NCBI GenBank assembly: GCA_903844775.1 | Contig: CAIMUZ010000182.1 | Span: 312 to 64,311 of the forward strand | Source of the DNA: an uncultured Burkholderiales bacterium | GTDB lineage: Bacteria > Pseudomonadota > Gammaproteobacteria > Burkholderiales > Burkholderiaceae_C | Length of the DNA: 64,000 bases | Reading direction: 5' to 3' | Part shown: positions 18,542-28,854 of the stretch, piece after piece | Position numbering within the stretch: position 1 is the first letter of the stretch | How the letters are laid out: each line of letters starts with the position of its first letter | Notes under the pieces: model-generated | The model's input: the letters and a program-made list of their open reading frames with translations, nothing else | The model's database searches: none | What the model was told of the DNA's origin: nothing | Position numbers and translations under genes: made by a program

Positions 18542-20170
18542 TTAGGCAGATGGCAATTGATAAGCCGTTAATTGCTCACGCAATTTGGTTTTCAGCATTT
18601 TTCCGGTGGCACCCAAGGGAATGGCTTCGACAACAATAGCATCGTCAGGAATTTGCCATTTTGCTGTTTTGCCCTCCTAAAATTGCAAAAGATCGTGCAC
18701 CGTTAAGGTGCTGCCAGGCTTCTTGACCACACACCCCACCGGCCGCTCATCCCATTTGGGGTGCGGCATGCCAATGCAGGCCGCCATGAGCACATCGGGA
18801 TGCGCCATGGCAATATTTTCGATATCGATGGAGCTAATCCACTCACCGCCCGACTTGATCACATCTTTACTGCGGTCGGTAATTTGCATAAAACCATCTT
18901 CGTCTATCGTCGCAACATCGCCGGTAGGAAACCATCCGTCGACCAGGGGTGCTGGTCCTTCTTGTTTGTAATACTCGCGAATAATCCAGGGCCCTTTGAC
19001 CAACAAGTCGCCATAGGTTTTGCCATCGTTTGGCAGCGCTTCTCCGGCTTCATTCACAATTTTCATGTCGACACCAAAAATACAGCGGCCTTGTTTAAGG
19101 CGAAGCTTCATTTGGTCCTCAGCGGGTAAATCGAGATGCTTGTTTTTCAAGGTACACAAAGTGCCCAGTGGGCTCATCTCCGTCATGCCCCATGCATGTA
19201 AAACGTCAACGCCGTAGTCTTGACGGAACGCTTCAATCATGGCGGGTGGACAGGCAGAGCCGCCTATGACCGTTCGCTTCAGGCTAGAGAATCGAAGATG
19301 GGCAGGCTTCATGTGCCCCAGCAACATTTGCCAGACTGTGGGGACACCAGCGGCAAATGTGACTTTCTCAGCTTCAATGAGCTCGTAGACAGATTTTCCA
19401 TCCATGGCGGGGCCAGGAAATACCAATTTGGCGCCCGTCATGGCTGCGCTGTAGGGAATACCCCAGGCATTCACATGGAACATGGGAACCACCGGCAGGA
19501 TGGCATCACGTGCAGAAATACACATCACATCGGGCAATGCCGCTGCATAGGCATGGAGCAATGTCGACCGGTGGCTGTACAAGGCCGCCTTTGGATTGCC
19601 TGTGGTGCCACTCGTATAGCACATGCTGGAAGCTGTGTTTTCATCCAATTCGGGCCACGCGTATTGGGTGGACTTTCCTGACAAAAGTTCTTCGTAACTC
19701 ATCAAATTAGGGATGCCTGAGTCCTTGGGCAGCTTGTCTTTGTCGCAAAGTGCCACCCAATGCTTAACCGTCGTGCATCTGGCATGAACGGCTTGAACCA
19801 AAGGCAAAAAGCTCATGTCAAAGCAAAGAATTTGGTCCTCAGCATGATTGGCAATCCAAACCACTTGATCGGGGTGAAGTCTGGGATTCAAAGTATGGAG
19901 AACCCGTCCGGAACCGCTGACGCCAAAGTACAGCTCGAGATGGCGATATCCATTCCAGGCCAGGGTGGCCACTCGGTCGCCATGGGCCAACTTGAACGAA
20001 TCCAAAACATGGGCCACTTGACGTGAACGATTGGCGACATCGCCCCATGTGTATCTGTGGATATCACCCTCTACACGCCTAGACACAACTTCACCGTCTT
20101 GGTGATGGCGATTTGCAAATTCAATCAAAGAAGAAATCAGCAATGACTGCTGCTGCATGAGTCCCAACAT
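18542..20170 (-). pseudogene. Acyl-CoA ligase (DmdB / 3-methylmercaptopropionyl-CoA ligase-like) interrupted by an in-frame TAG at 18679-18677
   Basis: YTSGTTGNPK, AWGMTE, TGD and DRSKDVIKSGGEWI motifs. After the TAG the frame continues EGKTAKWQIPDD...PLGATGKMLKTKLRE to a TAA at 18544-18542. Confidence 0.8.
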
Positions 20171-20282
20171 GTCAACCTCAATGTCAAAAGTAAAACAAGC
20201 CCCTTTTTAGCATGATTGAAGGGCTTAAAACCTAAACCCAGTGGGGATATGGGCGAATCAAAAGAGACTGACAATCAGGGCT

Positions 20283-21761
20283 ATGAATTGGATCAATCGT
20301 TTTGCAGAACTTGGACCGGGTTATTCAACCAAGGTCTTACCTTCCCCTGTGCCTCAGGCCTTTTGGGTCTCGCGCAATTTTGAGTTGAGTGAAACTTTGG
20401 GCTTACCCCCCGCTTGGCTGATGGGTGATGAAGGTTTGGCCGTGTTCAGCGGCAATGGTGCTTGGGAAGGCATGGCCCCAAGCGCAAGTGTTTACAGCGG
20501 CCATCAATTTGGTCAATGGGCAGGTCAGCTGGGCGACGGCCGTGCACTCAGCTTGGGAGAGTATCAATCGCCCAGCAGAACCATCGAAATTCAATTGAAA
20601 GGGGCCGGCAAAACACCTTTTTCCAGGATGGGGGATGGTCGCGCCGTTCTGCGCTCGAGCATTCGCGAATTTCTTTGTAGCGAAGCCATGGCGGGCCTGG
20701 GCATTCCAAGCACTCGCGCCCTTTGCCTTACCTCATCGCCACTCAAAGTGCTTCGGGAGGAGCTCGAAACTGCCGCCATCGTGACGCGAACTGCGCCGAG
20801 CTTTATTCGTTTTGGTCACTTTGAACACTTCGCAAATAACGTCGGTTCTGAAGGGTTTCAAGCTTTAAAAAATTTAGCAGATTTCACACGCCAGAACTTC
20901 CTTCAGACGAACGATGAATTTTCAGACAATCCCTATGCCAATATGCTTCATACGGTGACGGTCAAAACAGCAGACTTAGTGGCGCAGTGGCAAGCCGTCG
21001 GCTTTTGCCATGGTGTGATGAATACCGACAACATGAGTATTTTGGGCCTCACGATTGATTACGGTCCTTTTCAGTTTTTAGACGGTTTTAATCCGCTGCA
21101 CATTTGCAACCATTCCGATCATCAGGGTCGTTATGCCTATAACCGGCAACCTCAAGTGGCCTATTGGAATTTATTTTGTCTCGCTCAAGCTCTGATGCCG
21201 CTCATTGAAGACCAAGACTTGGCAATGCGAGCTCTAGAGGACTACAAATCTAGGTATGCCGACGCATGGCTTTCAAAGTTTCTGAACAAGCTCGGGCTGC
21301 CCTTCCCTGCTGATTCGTCGTCCAGGGCCTCAGATCTTGGCTTGTTGAATGAACTCCTCGACATTCTTGCCAAAGAACAGGTTGATTTCACAATTTTCTG
21401 GCGCAGGTTGAGTCATGCCGTTTCGGAAAGAGCGGCCGAGCACGCCTCATGGCAACATGTGTCTGAACTTTTTTTGGACCAATCTGCTTGGAAGAGTTGG
21501 CAATTAAAATACGTGCAACGTTTGGCACTCATGGACCACTTAATCAGCCAACAAACGATGCTTCTTGCCAATCCTAAATATGTTTTGCGCAATCATTTGG
21601 CAGAAGCTGCCATTCAAAAATCGAAACTGGGCGATCATTCGGAGGTTGAAACACTCTTCAAATTGTTAAAGTCACCCTTCGATGAACAACCTGAATTTGA
21701 TCACTATGCTAATCTTCCGCCCGCATGGGCCGCTGACATTGAAATAAGCTGTTCTTCGTAA
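20283..21761 (+). CDS. selO: Protein adenylyltransferase SelO/YdiU
   Basis: [49 protein letters not shown] and IDYGP motifs, ending ISCSS. Confidence 0.93.
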   Translation: MNWINRFAELGPGYSTKVLPSPVPQAFWVSRNFELSETLGLPPAWLMGDEGLAVFSGNGAWEGMAPSASVYSGHQFGQWAGQLGDGRALSLGEYQSPSRTIEIQLKGAGKTPFSRMGDGRAVLRSSIREFLCSEAMAGLGIPSTRALCLTSSPLKVLREELETAAIVTRTAPSFIRFGHFEHFANNVGSEGFQALKNLADFTRQNFLQTNDEFSDNPYANMLHTVTVKTADLVAQWQAVGFCHGVMNTDNMSILGLTIDYGPFQFLDGFNPLHICNHSDHQGRYAYNRQPQVAYWNLFCLAQALMPLIEDQDLAMRALEDYKSRYADAWLSKFLNKLGLPFPADSSSRASDLGLLNELLDILAKEQVDFTIFWRRLSHAVSERAAEHASWQHVSELFLDQSAWKSWQLKYVQRLALMDHLISQQTMLLANPKYVLRNHLAEAAIQKSKLGDHSEVETLFKLLKSPFDEQPEFDHYANLPPAWAADIEISCSS

Positions 21762-21765
21762 TCAC

Positions 21766-22179
21766 ATGAATTCAAAACCTCTCCCCCAAACCGACGATGA
21801 ATGGCGTGAGTGGCTTCGCGCTAAAAATGCAGAGCCCTTGGCTTTCGAAGTAGCGCGCAAAGCAGCCACTGAGCGCCCTTTCACTGGCAAGTACGAAACG
21901 CATTGGAAGTCTGGCCAGTACCACTGCATCTGTTGCGATGCCAAGTTGTTTGATTCAAGCACCAAATTTGATGCAGGCTGCGGCTGGCCTTCTTTTTATC
22001 AATCAGCTGATCAAAATGCCGTGCTTCAAAAAGTAGACCGGAGTCACGGCATGATGCGTGTTGAAAGTGTTTGCGCTCAGTGCGGCGCGCACCTGGGACA
22101 TGTGTTTGAAGACGGCCCCGAACCCACTGGCTTGAGGTATTGCATGAATTCGGCCTCACTTCAATTTAAAAAGCCGTGA
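21766..22179 (+). CDS. msrB: Peptide-methionine (R)-S-oxide reductase
   Basis: TERPFTG, GCGWPSF, HLGHVF and LRYCMNS motifs. Confidence 0.95.
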   Translation: MNSKPLPQTDDEWREWLRAKNAEPLAFEVARKAATERPFTGKYETHWKSGQYHCICCDAKLFDSSTKFDAGCGWPSFYQSADQNAVLQKVDRSHGMMRVESVCAQCGAHLGHVFEDGPEPTGLRYCMNSASLQFKKP

Positions 22180-22180
22180 C

Positions 22181-22738
22181 ATGAAAATTATTTTGGACCT
22201 GTTCCCCATTCTGTTATTTTTCGCAGCTTATAAGTTCACAAGTATTTACGAAGCAACCGCTGTATTGATGGCAGCCACTGTGGTCCAAAGCCTCTGGATG
22301 TACAAAATTGATGGCAAACTGGCAACGATGCAAAAAGCAAGTCTGGTCTTGATTTTGGTATTTGGCAGTTTGACCTTGTTTTTTCAGGATGACCGTTTCA
22401 TCAAATTCAAGCCCACCTTGCTGTATTCGTGCATGGCGCTTGGACTGCTCATTTCTCAATTTGTATTTAAAAAGAACTTTCTCAAGTCCATGCTGGGTGC
22501 TCAGGTCGAACTTGAAGACAGCAAATGGCATTCTTTGAGTATTTCTTGGATACTCTATTGCATCTTCATGGCCAGCATCAATGCTTACGTTGCAAGCTAC
22601 TACAGCACAGAAGAATGGGTTGATTTTAAGATTTGGGGCTACATTTTTCCGCTCACCTTCATTGTGGGAACCGGCATCTACATTGCCAAAAATGCCACGC
22701 AGAAAGATGATGCACCCACGCCAGAGAACAAAGAATAA
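22181..22738 (+). CDS. yciB: Inner membrane-spanning protein YciB (IspZ)
   Basis: DLFPILLFF, FIKFKPT and WVDFK motifs. msrB-yciB-bolA-PPIase synteny. Confidence 0.88.
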   Translation: MKIILDLFPILLFFAAYKFTSIYEATAVLMAATVVQSLWMYKIDGKLATMQKASLVLILVFGSLTLFFQDDRFIKFKPTLLYSCMALGLLISQFVFKKNFLKSMLGAQVELEDSKWHSLSISWILYCIFMASINAYVASYYSTEEWVDFKIWGYIFPLTFIVGTGIYIAKNATQKDDAPTPENKE

Positions 22739-22749
22739 GCCTGCTCATC

Positions 22750-23037
22750 ATGCTCAATTTAGACGCACTCCCCCCCCTCAGTTCATGGCAGCCTCTGATT
22801 CAAGAGGTTCTCCAAAACCGATTTGATCCTCGATTTTTAGAAGTCCTGGACGAAAGCGCTCACCATGCTGGGCACGCTGGCGCCACTGAATCTGGCATGA
22901 ACAGCCACTTTCGCGTTCGAATTGCTTCTGACAAATTTGAGGGCCTGACCAGAGTTCAACGTCACAGGCTTGTGTATGATTCGCTCCAAGAATTCCTGGA
23001 CCACGGACTGCATGCCTTGGCCATTGAATTTCGATAA
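22750..23037 (+). CDS. bolA: BolA family protein
   Basis: DESAHHAGH, SHF, RHRLVY and LHALAI motifs. Confidence 0.92.
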   Translation: MLNLDALPPLSSWQPLIQEVLQNRFDPRFLEVLDESAHHAGHAGATESGMNSHFRVRIASDKFEGLTRVQRHRLVYDSLQEFLDHGLHALAIEFR

Positions 23038-23069
23038 TCTTTCCATTTACTTGAAATTTAAGGAATCTG

Positions 23070-23843
23070 ATGAAATTTTCTAAACTGGCCTTGAGTTTGT
23101 TGGTCGCATTGAGTTTTTCTGCTTCGGCGCAAAATTTGGCCATCGTCAACGGCAAACCCGTCCCCAGCTCACGTGTTGAAGCCTTGAAGCAACAAGTAGA
23201 GCGCTCTGGTCGTCCCGTGACACCCGAAATTTTGGCGCAGATTAAAGAAGAATTGATTGCTCGGGAAGTCTTCATGCAAGAAGCGCGTAAACGCGGCCTT
23301 GACGCATCGGAAGATTACAAAGCTCAGTTGGAACTGGCCCGCCAAAGTATTCTCATTCGCGAGTTATTTGCCAACTTCCAAAAGAAAAATCCTGTGTCCG
23401 ACGCGGAAATTAAAGCGGAGTACGACAAGTTTGTTGGCGCCAATGGCGGCAAAGAATATCGTGCTAGACACATCTTGGTTGAAAAAGAAGACGAAGCCAA
23501 GGCCTTGATTGCTGACATCAAAAAGGGCGGTAAGTTTGAAGATCTCGCCAAGAAAGTTTCAAAAGATCCAGGTTCTGGTGCTAATGGAGGTGATTTGGAT
23601 TGGGCTAATGCCTCAAGCTACGTTCCTGAATTTTCGAACGCCATGGTCAAACTTGAAAAAGGCCAAATGACGGAAGCGCCCATTAAAAGCCAATTTGGAT
23701 TCCACATCATCCGCGTTGACGATGTTCGCGATGCGCAGTTGCCCAAGTTAGAAGAAGTGAAACCCCAAATCACACAACAACTGACACAAAGCAAATTGAG
23801 TAAATTCCAGGAAGATTTGCGCGCAAAAGCCAAAATTAAATAA
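23070..23843 (+). CDS. Periplasmic PpiC-type peptidyl-prolyl isomerase
   Basis: Signal peptide, ARHILV, SKDPGS, GGDLDW and SQFGFHII motifs. Confidence 0.92.
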   Translation: MKFSKLALSLLVALSFSASAQNLAIVNGKPVPSSRVEALKQQVERSGRPVTPEILAQIKEELIAREVFMQEARKRGLDASEDYKAQLELARQSILIRELFANFQKKNPVSDAEIKAEYDKFVGANGGKEYRARHILVEKEDEAKALIADIKKGGKFEDLAKKVSKDPGSGANGGDLDWANASSYVPEFSNAMVKLEKGQMTEAPIKSQFGFHIIRVDDVRDAQLPKLEEVKPQITQQLTQSKLSKFQEDLRAKAKIK

Positions 23844-23856
23844 ACTCACAAACGAC

Positions 23857-23894
23857 AAAGAAGCACTTGAACTCTTGGGTTCAAGTGCTTTTTT
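23857..23894 (+). terminator. Intrinsic terminator between convergent PPIase and purL (possibly bidirectional)
   Basis: 12-bp stem AAGCACTTGAAC / GTTCAAGTGCTT followed by a T run. Confidence 0.8.
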
Positions 23895-23923
23895 CGTGGT
23901 CGGTTGGATTCAGCGAAGACGGG

Positions 23924-26900
23924 TCACTTAACCCACCGTCTTGCATTCTGCCAAAGTCGTAACCAGGGACTGTCATGTGAGACGTCACCCGATGTGTAAC
24001 TCATTTGAACATTTCTAAAAACGCGTTCTGGGTGCGGCATCATGGCTGTAAAACGACCATCGGGGGTTGTGACCGAGGTTAATCCGCCAGAACTACCGTT
24101 GGGGTTGGCAGGGTATGTTTGGGTGGGGTTGCCCCAATTGTCGACAAACCGCATTGCCGCAATGACGCGCTCAGCATTACCGCGGTATTTGAAATTGGCA
24201 AATCCTTCACCGTGCGCAACCGCAATGGGCATGCGACTTCCCGCCATGTCTTGAAGAAAAATGCTGGGCGACTCTAAAACCTCAACCATCGACAGTCGCG
24301 CTTCAAATCTTTCACTTTGGTTGGTGGTAAAACGCGGCCAATCTTGCGCACCTGGAATGATGTCGGCCAATTCGGCAAACATTTGGCAGCCATTACAAAC
24401 ACCTAAACCAAAGGTGTCTTGTCGCGCAAAGTAGGCTTTAAATTCATCAGCCAACTTTGAGTTAAAGCTGATGCTGCGCGCCCAGCCGATGCCAGCACCC
24501 AATGTGTCGCCATAACTAAAGCCACCACAAGCCACCAAGCCTTTGAAGTCTTTGAGGCTGACACGCCCCGACTGTAAATCGGTCATGTGAACGTCATGCG
24601 ATTCAAAGCCAGCCTTGTCAAATGCATAGGCCATTTCAACATGTGAGTTAACACCCTGCTCTCGCAAAATAGCCACACGTGGATGCGACAAATTGAGCCA
24701 AGGTGCTGCCACATTGTCTTCGGGCTTAAAGCTCAACGACACATGCAGACCGGGATTGCTTGGCAAACCAACGCCGGCATGTTCACTCTCAGCACAGCTT
24801 GGGTTGTCGCGCTGTTGACAAATCTTCCAACTCACACTGTCCCAAACCTGATGCAAGTCTTCTACTTTGGCAGAGAAAATTTCGTGTGTGTCGCGCCAAA
24901 TACTCAACGCACCGACACCCTTGGTCATCGCGGAATGAGAGGGCCGAGTTTTGCCAATCACATGACTGTGTTTGGAGAGTTTGTGTTCACGCAAAGCCTG
25001 CATGACGTCGGCTCTATCTTGAGTCGCAATTTGAATGACCACGCCCAATTCTTCATTGAACAAGGCTTTCAAAGTAAGTTCTTCGCGGCGTGCACTCACT
25101 TGTTGAACCCAATTTTTGGCATCACCATGGTCTGCGCGACTGTCTGAAATACCATCGCCTTCAGTGACCAATAAATCAATGTTCAGCGCTACACCCACTT
25201 GCCCCGCAAAGCACATTTCAGCCACTGCACTGAACAAGCCACCATCAGAACGATCATGATATGCAAGCAATTTACCTTCGGTGCGAAGGTGGTTGATGAC
25301 CTTCACCAGATTGACCAAGTTCTGAGGGACATCGAGGTCGGGGACGGTATCACCAGACTGTTGCAGGACCTGTTCAAGGATGCTGCCACCCATGCGGAAA
25401 TGACCTTCACTCAAATCAATCAGTATCAGTGTGGTGTCATCTAAGCTTGAATTTAATTGTGGTGTCAGTGTGCCCCGCACATCAGACAATGAGGCAAATG
25501 CACTCACAATCAAACTGACAGGTGAGGTCACTTTGTGAGAGCCCCTGTCGTCCGTCCACAGTGTTTTCATCGACAGGCTGTCCTTGCCCACAGGAATGGA
25601 CACGCCTAGCGCAGGACACAATTCAAGGCCAACCGCTTTCACGGTTTCATACAAGGCTGCATCCTCACCGGGTTCACCGCAAGCTGCCATCCAATTGGCA
25701 CTGAGCTTCACTCGGTCTAGCTCAATCGGAGCTGCCAATAAATTGGTAATGGCTTCGGCTACGGCCATGCGACCTGAAGCTGCGGCATTCACACTGGCAA
25801 GCGGTGTCCGTTCGCCCATGCTCATGGCTTCGCCTTTGAAGCCCTTGTAGTCGGCCAAAGTGACGGCGCAATCGGCAACAGGAACCTGCCATGGGCCCAC
25901 CATTTGATCTCGGTGTGTGAGACCTCCGACAGTGCGATCGCCGATCGTGATCAAAAACCGTTTTGAAGCAACCGTGGGATGGCTCAATACCTGAACGATC
26001 ACCTCTTGCAAGTTGATGCCTGTCAGGTCGATAGGTGTGGTTTGGCGCTTCAGTGAGCCTACGTCACGGTGCATTTTGGGTGGCTTGCCCAACAACACGT
26101 TCATGGGCATGTTGACAGGCGTTTTGAATGCCTGAACAGACGCTTCGCCGTCTGCCAATATCAATTGACGCTCTTCAGTCGCGACGCCAACAACAGCAAA
26201 AGGACATCGCTCACGTTCGCAAAATGCTTTGAAGACTTCAAGTGAAGCTGGCGCAATGGCCAAAACGTATCGCTCTTGACTCTCGTTGGACCAAATTTCT
26301 TTGGGCGACAAACCCGAAGCTTCTAAGGGCACCGCTCGCAAGTCAAATCGAGCGCCCCGCCCCGCATCGTTGGTCAGCTCGGGAAACGCATTGGACAGAC
26401 CCCCCGCGCCAACGTCATGGATGGCCAAAATAGGATTCTGATGCCCCAAGACCCAACAATGGTTGATGACTTCTTGAGCCCGTCGTTCGATTTCAGGATT
26501 ACCGCGTTGAACTGAATCAAAATCTAAATTGGCGGAGTTTGCACCCGAAGCCATGGAGCTTGCTGCACTCCCCCCCATACCAATCAACATGCCAGGCCCC
26601 CCCAGCTGAATCAACAATGTGCCAGCAGGAAATAGGATCTTTTGAGTTTGATTGCTGTCGATCACGCCAAGTCCGCCCGCAATCATGATGGGCTTGTGAT
26701 ATCCACGCACCACGCCATCGATCAATTGTTCGTATTCACGAAAATAGCCAAGCAAATTGGGACGGCCAAACTCGTTGTTAAACGCCGCGCCTCCCAAAGG
26801 GCCTTCGGTCATGATTTGCAAGGGACTTGCAATGTGTGAGGGTTTACCGTTCGGACCATCCCATAATTTCGATACCGTAAAACCTGTGAGACCGGCCTTT

Positions 26901-27934
26901 GGCTTAGAGCCACGACCTGTTGCACCTTCATCTCGAATTTCGCCACCCGCCCCTGTAGAGGCGCCGGGAAAAGGTGAAATAGCGGTGGGGTGATTATGGG
27001 TTTCAACCTTCATCAGCACATGATGGGTTGCGTCTTCTTTGACATAGTGACCACCGTTTTTGGCAACAAAGCGCTCTACATCGTGGCCGGTCATGATGGA
27101 GGCATTGTCTGAATAAGCCACGACGGTGTGCTGTGGATTTTGTTGGTGCGTATAACGAATCATGCCGAACAAACTGTCAGGCTGTGACTGCCCATCAATG
27201 CTGAATTGCGCATTGAAAATTTTATGTCGGCAATGTTCGCTGTTGGCCTGCGCAAACATCATCAATTCAACGTCTGTTGGATTGCGCTCAAGCTGCTGAA
27301 ATGATGCAAGCAAATAATCAATTTCATCTTCAGCCAAAGCCAAACCAAACTCCAGATTGGCCTTGACCAGTGCCTCGCGCCCCCCCTTTAAAACATCAAC
27401 ATGAAGCAAGGGTTCCGCTTGTAATTCATTGAAGAGTGCCAAGGCATCTTTGCGATCAGACAAAAGGGACTCTGTCATGCGATCATGCAGAAGATCTGAA
27501 AGATGCAGTAAATACTCTGGTGAAAACTCTTTTGCCAAGCTGACCGATTTGAATTGAATGCTGTATTCGATCAAGCGTTCAATTCTTCGGACAGAAAAAC
27601 CGCAATTGTGGGCAATGTCAGTGGCTTTTGACGCCCAAGGTGACACCGTTCCAAGACGCGGTGAAATGCAAATGCGCAGATGCACAGTTGAATTGGCTGA
27701 ATCAGGGGCAGCAAACGGATCGCCATAAGTCAGAAGTTGTTTGAGGGCCTCTGTCTGATTGTCAGAAAGTGGTCGATCGGCCGCAACAAGATGTAAAAAC
27801 TGCCCTTTTAGACCTGAGATTTGGGGGTGTTTTTCCTGCAATTGAGGAAGCAATTGCTGGGTACGAAATTCGCTAAGGGCGTTACCGCCATCTAGGATGA
27901 ATGTTTGCAGGGTCACTGGGTGGTTTGGGGGCAA
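23924..27934 (-). CDS. purL: Phosphoribosylformylglycinamidine synthase (large type)
   Basis: [34 protein letters not shown] and MMPHPER motifs. The true start may be the GTG at 27916. Confidence 0.97.
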   Translation of the reverse strand: MPPNHPVTLQTFILDGGNALSEFRTQQLLPQLQEKHPQISGLKGQFLHLVAADRPLSDNQTEALKQLLTYGDPFAAPDSANSTVHLRICISPRLGTVSPWASKATDIAHNCGFSVRRIERLIEYSIQFKSVSLAKEFSPEYLLHLSDLLHDRMTESLLSDRKDALALFNELQAEPLLHVDVLKGGREALVKANLEFGLALAEDEIDYLLASFQQLERNPTDVELMMFAQANSEHCRHKIFNAQFSIDGQSQPDSLFGMIRYTHQQNPQHTVVAYSDNASIMTGHDVERFVAKNGGHYVKEDATHHVLMKVETHNHPTAISPFPGASTGAGGEIRDEGATGRGSKPKAGLTGFTVSKLWDGPNGKPSHIASPLQIMTEGPLGGAAFNNEFGRPNLLGYFREYEQLIDGVVRGYHKPIMIAGGLGVIDSNQTQKILFPAGTLLIQLGGPGMLIGMGGSAASSMASGANSANLDFDSVQRGNPEIERRAQEVINHCWVLGHQNPILAIHDVGAGGLSNAFPELTNDAGRGARFDLRAVPLEASGLSPKEIWSNESQERYVLAIAPASLEVFKAFCERERCPFAVVGVATEERQLILADGEASVQAFKTPVNMPMNVLLGKPPKMHRDVGSLKRQTTPIDLTGINLQEVIVQVLSHPTVASKRFLITIGDRTVGGLTHRDQMVGPWQVPVADCAVTLADYKGFKGEAMSMGERTPLASVNAAASGRMAVAEAITNLLAAPIELDRVKLSANWMAACGEPGEDAALYETVKAVGLELCPALGVSIPVGKDSLSMKTLWTDDRGSHKVTSPVSLIVSAFASLSDVRGTLTPQLNSSLDDTTLILIDLSEGHFRMGGSILEQVLQQSGDTVPDLDVPQNLVNLVKVINHLRTEGKLLAYHDRSDGGLFSAVAEMCFAGQVGVALNIDLLVTEGDGISDSRADHGDAKNWVQQVSARREELTLKALFNEELGVVIQIATQDRADVMQALREHKLSKHSHVIGKTRPSHSAMTKGVGALSIWRDTHEIFSAKVEDLHQVWDSVSWKICQQRDNPSCAESEHAGVGLPSNPGLHVSLSFKPEDNVAAPWLNLSHPRVAILREQGVNSHVEMAYAFDKAGFESHDVHMTDLQSGRVSLKDFKGLVACGGFSYGDTLGAGIGWARSISFNSKLADEFKAYFARQDTFGLGVCNGCQMFAELADIIPGAQDWPRFTTNQSERFEARLSMVEVLESPSIFLQDMAGSRMPIAVAHGEGFANFKYRGNAERVIAAMRFVDNWGNPTQTYPANPNGSSGGLTSVTTPDGRFTAMMPHPERVFRNVQMSYTSGDVSHDSPWLRLWQNARRWVK

Positions 27935-28046
27935 TGTGAAATTTGTCTCAAATACCGCTGACTGGGGTACTGAACGAATTTTTATTTTAACCGCTGTCAG
28001 GGTTCATTTCTGCAAACTTATCACTTGAATGGGATAATCCGAACCC

Positions 28047-28850
28047 ATGACAATCTCTATTAAAGACGCAAAAGACGCTGAAGGAATGCGGGTGGCGGGA
28101 CGCCTGGCATCCGAAGTCCTCGATTTTCTAACGCCGCACGTCAAACCGGGTGTGACCACCAATGAACTTGATCAATTAGCCCACGATTACATGGTCCATG
28201 TTCAAGGGACCATTCCCGCGCCCCTGAACTACCAACCGCCCGGTTACGCCCCCTACCCCAAGTCCATTTGCACATCCATCAACCATCAGGTTTGTCATGG
28301 CATCCCCAACGAAAAAGCCCTCAAAAAAGGCGATATCGTCAACATCGACATCACCGTCATCAAAGATGGCTGGCATGGCGACACCAGTCGCATGTTCATG
28401 GTGGGCGAGGCCTCAATTGCGGCAAAACGTCTCTGTGCCGTGACCTACGAGGCCATGTGGCACGGCATTGAGCAAGTCAAGCCAGGTGTTCGATTAGGCG
28501 ACATTGGCTGGGCCATTCAAAAGTTTGCTGAAAATCTAGGTTTTTCTGTTGTTCGTGAATTTTGCGGACACGGTATCGGAAAAGTTTTTCATGAAGAACC
28601 TCAAGTTTTGCATTATGGAAAGCCGGGCACTTTAGAAGAACTCAAAGCTGGCATGACCTTCACCATTGAGCCCATGATCAATGCAGGCAAGCGGGAGATC
28701 AAAGAAATGGGCGACGGCTGGACCATTGTGACCAAAGATCGCTCCTTGTCAGCGCAGTGGGAGCACACCATTTTGGTGACAGAAACTGGCTATGAGGTCT
28801 TGACCTTGTCTGCGGGTAGCCCACCTTTTCCAGATTTTGTTAAAGGCTGA
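28047..28850 (+). CDS. map: Methionine aminopeptidase type I
   Basis: CHGIP, GDTSRM, GHGIG, FTIEPM and SAQWEHT motifs. Confidence 0.97.
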   Translation: MTISIKDAKDAEGMRVAGRLASEVLDFLTPHVKPGVTTNELDQLAHDYMVHVQGTIPAPLNYQPPGYAPYPKSICTSINHQVCHGIPNEKALKKGDIVNIDITVIKDGWHGDTSRMFMVGEASIAAKRLCAVTYEAMWHGIEQVKPGVRLGDIGWAIQKFAENLGFSVVREFCGHGIGKVFHEEPQVLHYGKPGTLEELKAGMTFTIEPMINAGKREIKEMGDGWTIVTKDRSLSAQWEHTILVTETGYEVLTLSAGSPPFPDFVKG

Positions 28851-28854
28851 ATCT

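Noticed and set aside
18677-18679. Genome-wide TAG reassignment or pyrrolysine as the explanation for the in-frame amber codon
   Set aside because: TAG is the normal stop of glnD (31492-31494), tesA (37259-37261) and the DinG helicase (58993-58991). I saw no other internal TAG and no pyl genes in the window.
21744-21761. Selenocysteine at the SelO C-terminus
   Set aside because: The codon is TGT (Cys) in AGC TGT TCT TCG TAA, with no in-frame TGA.
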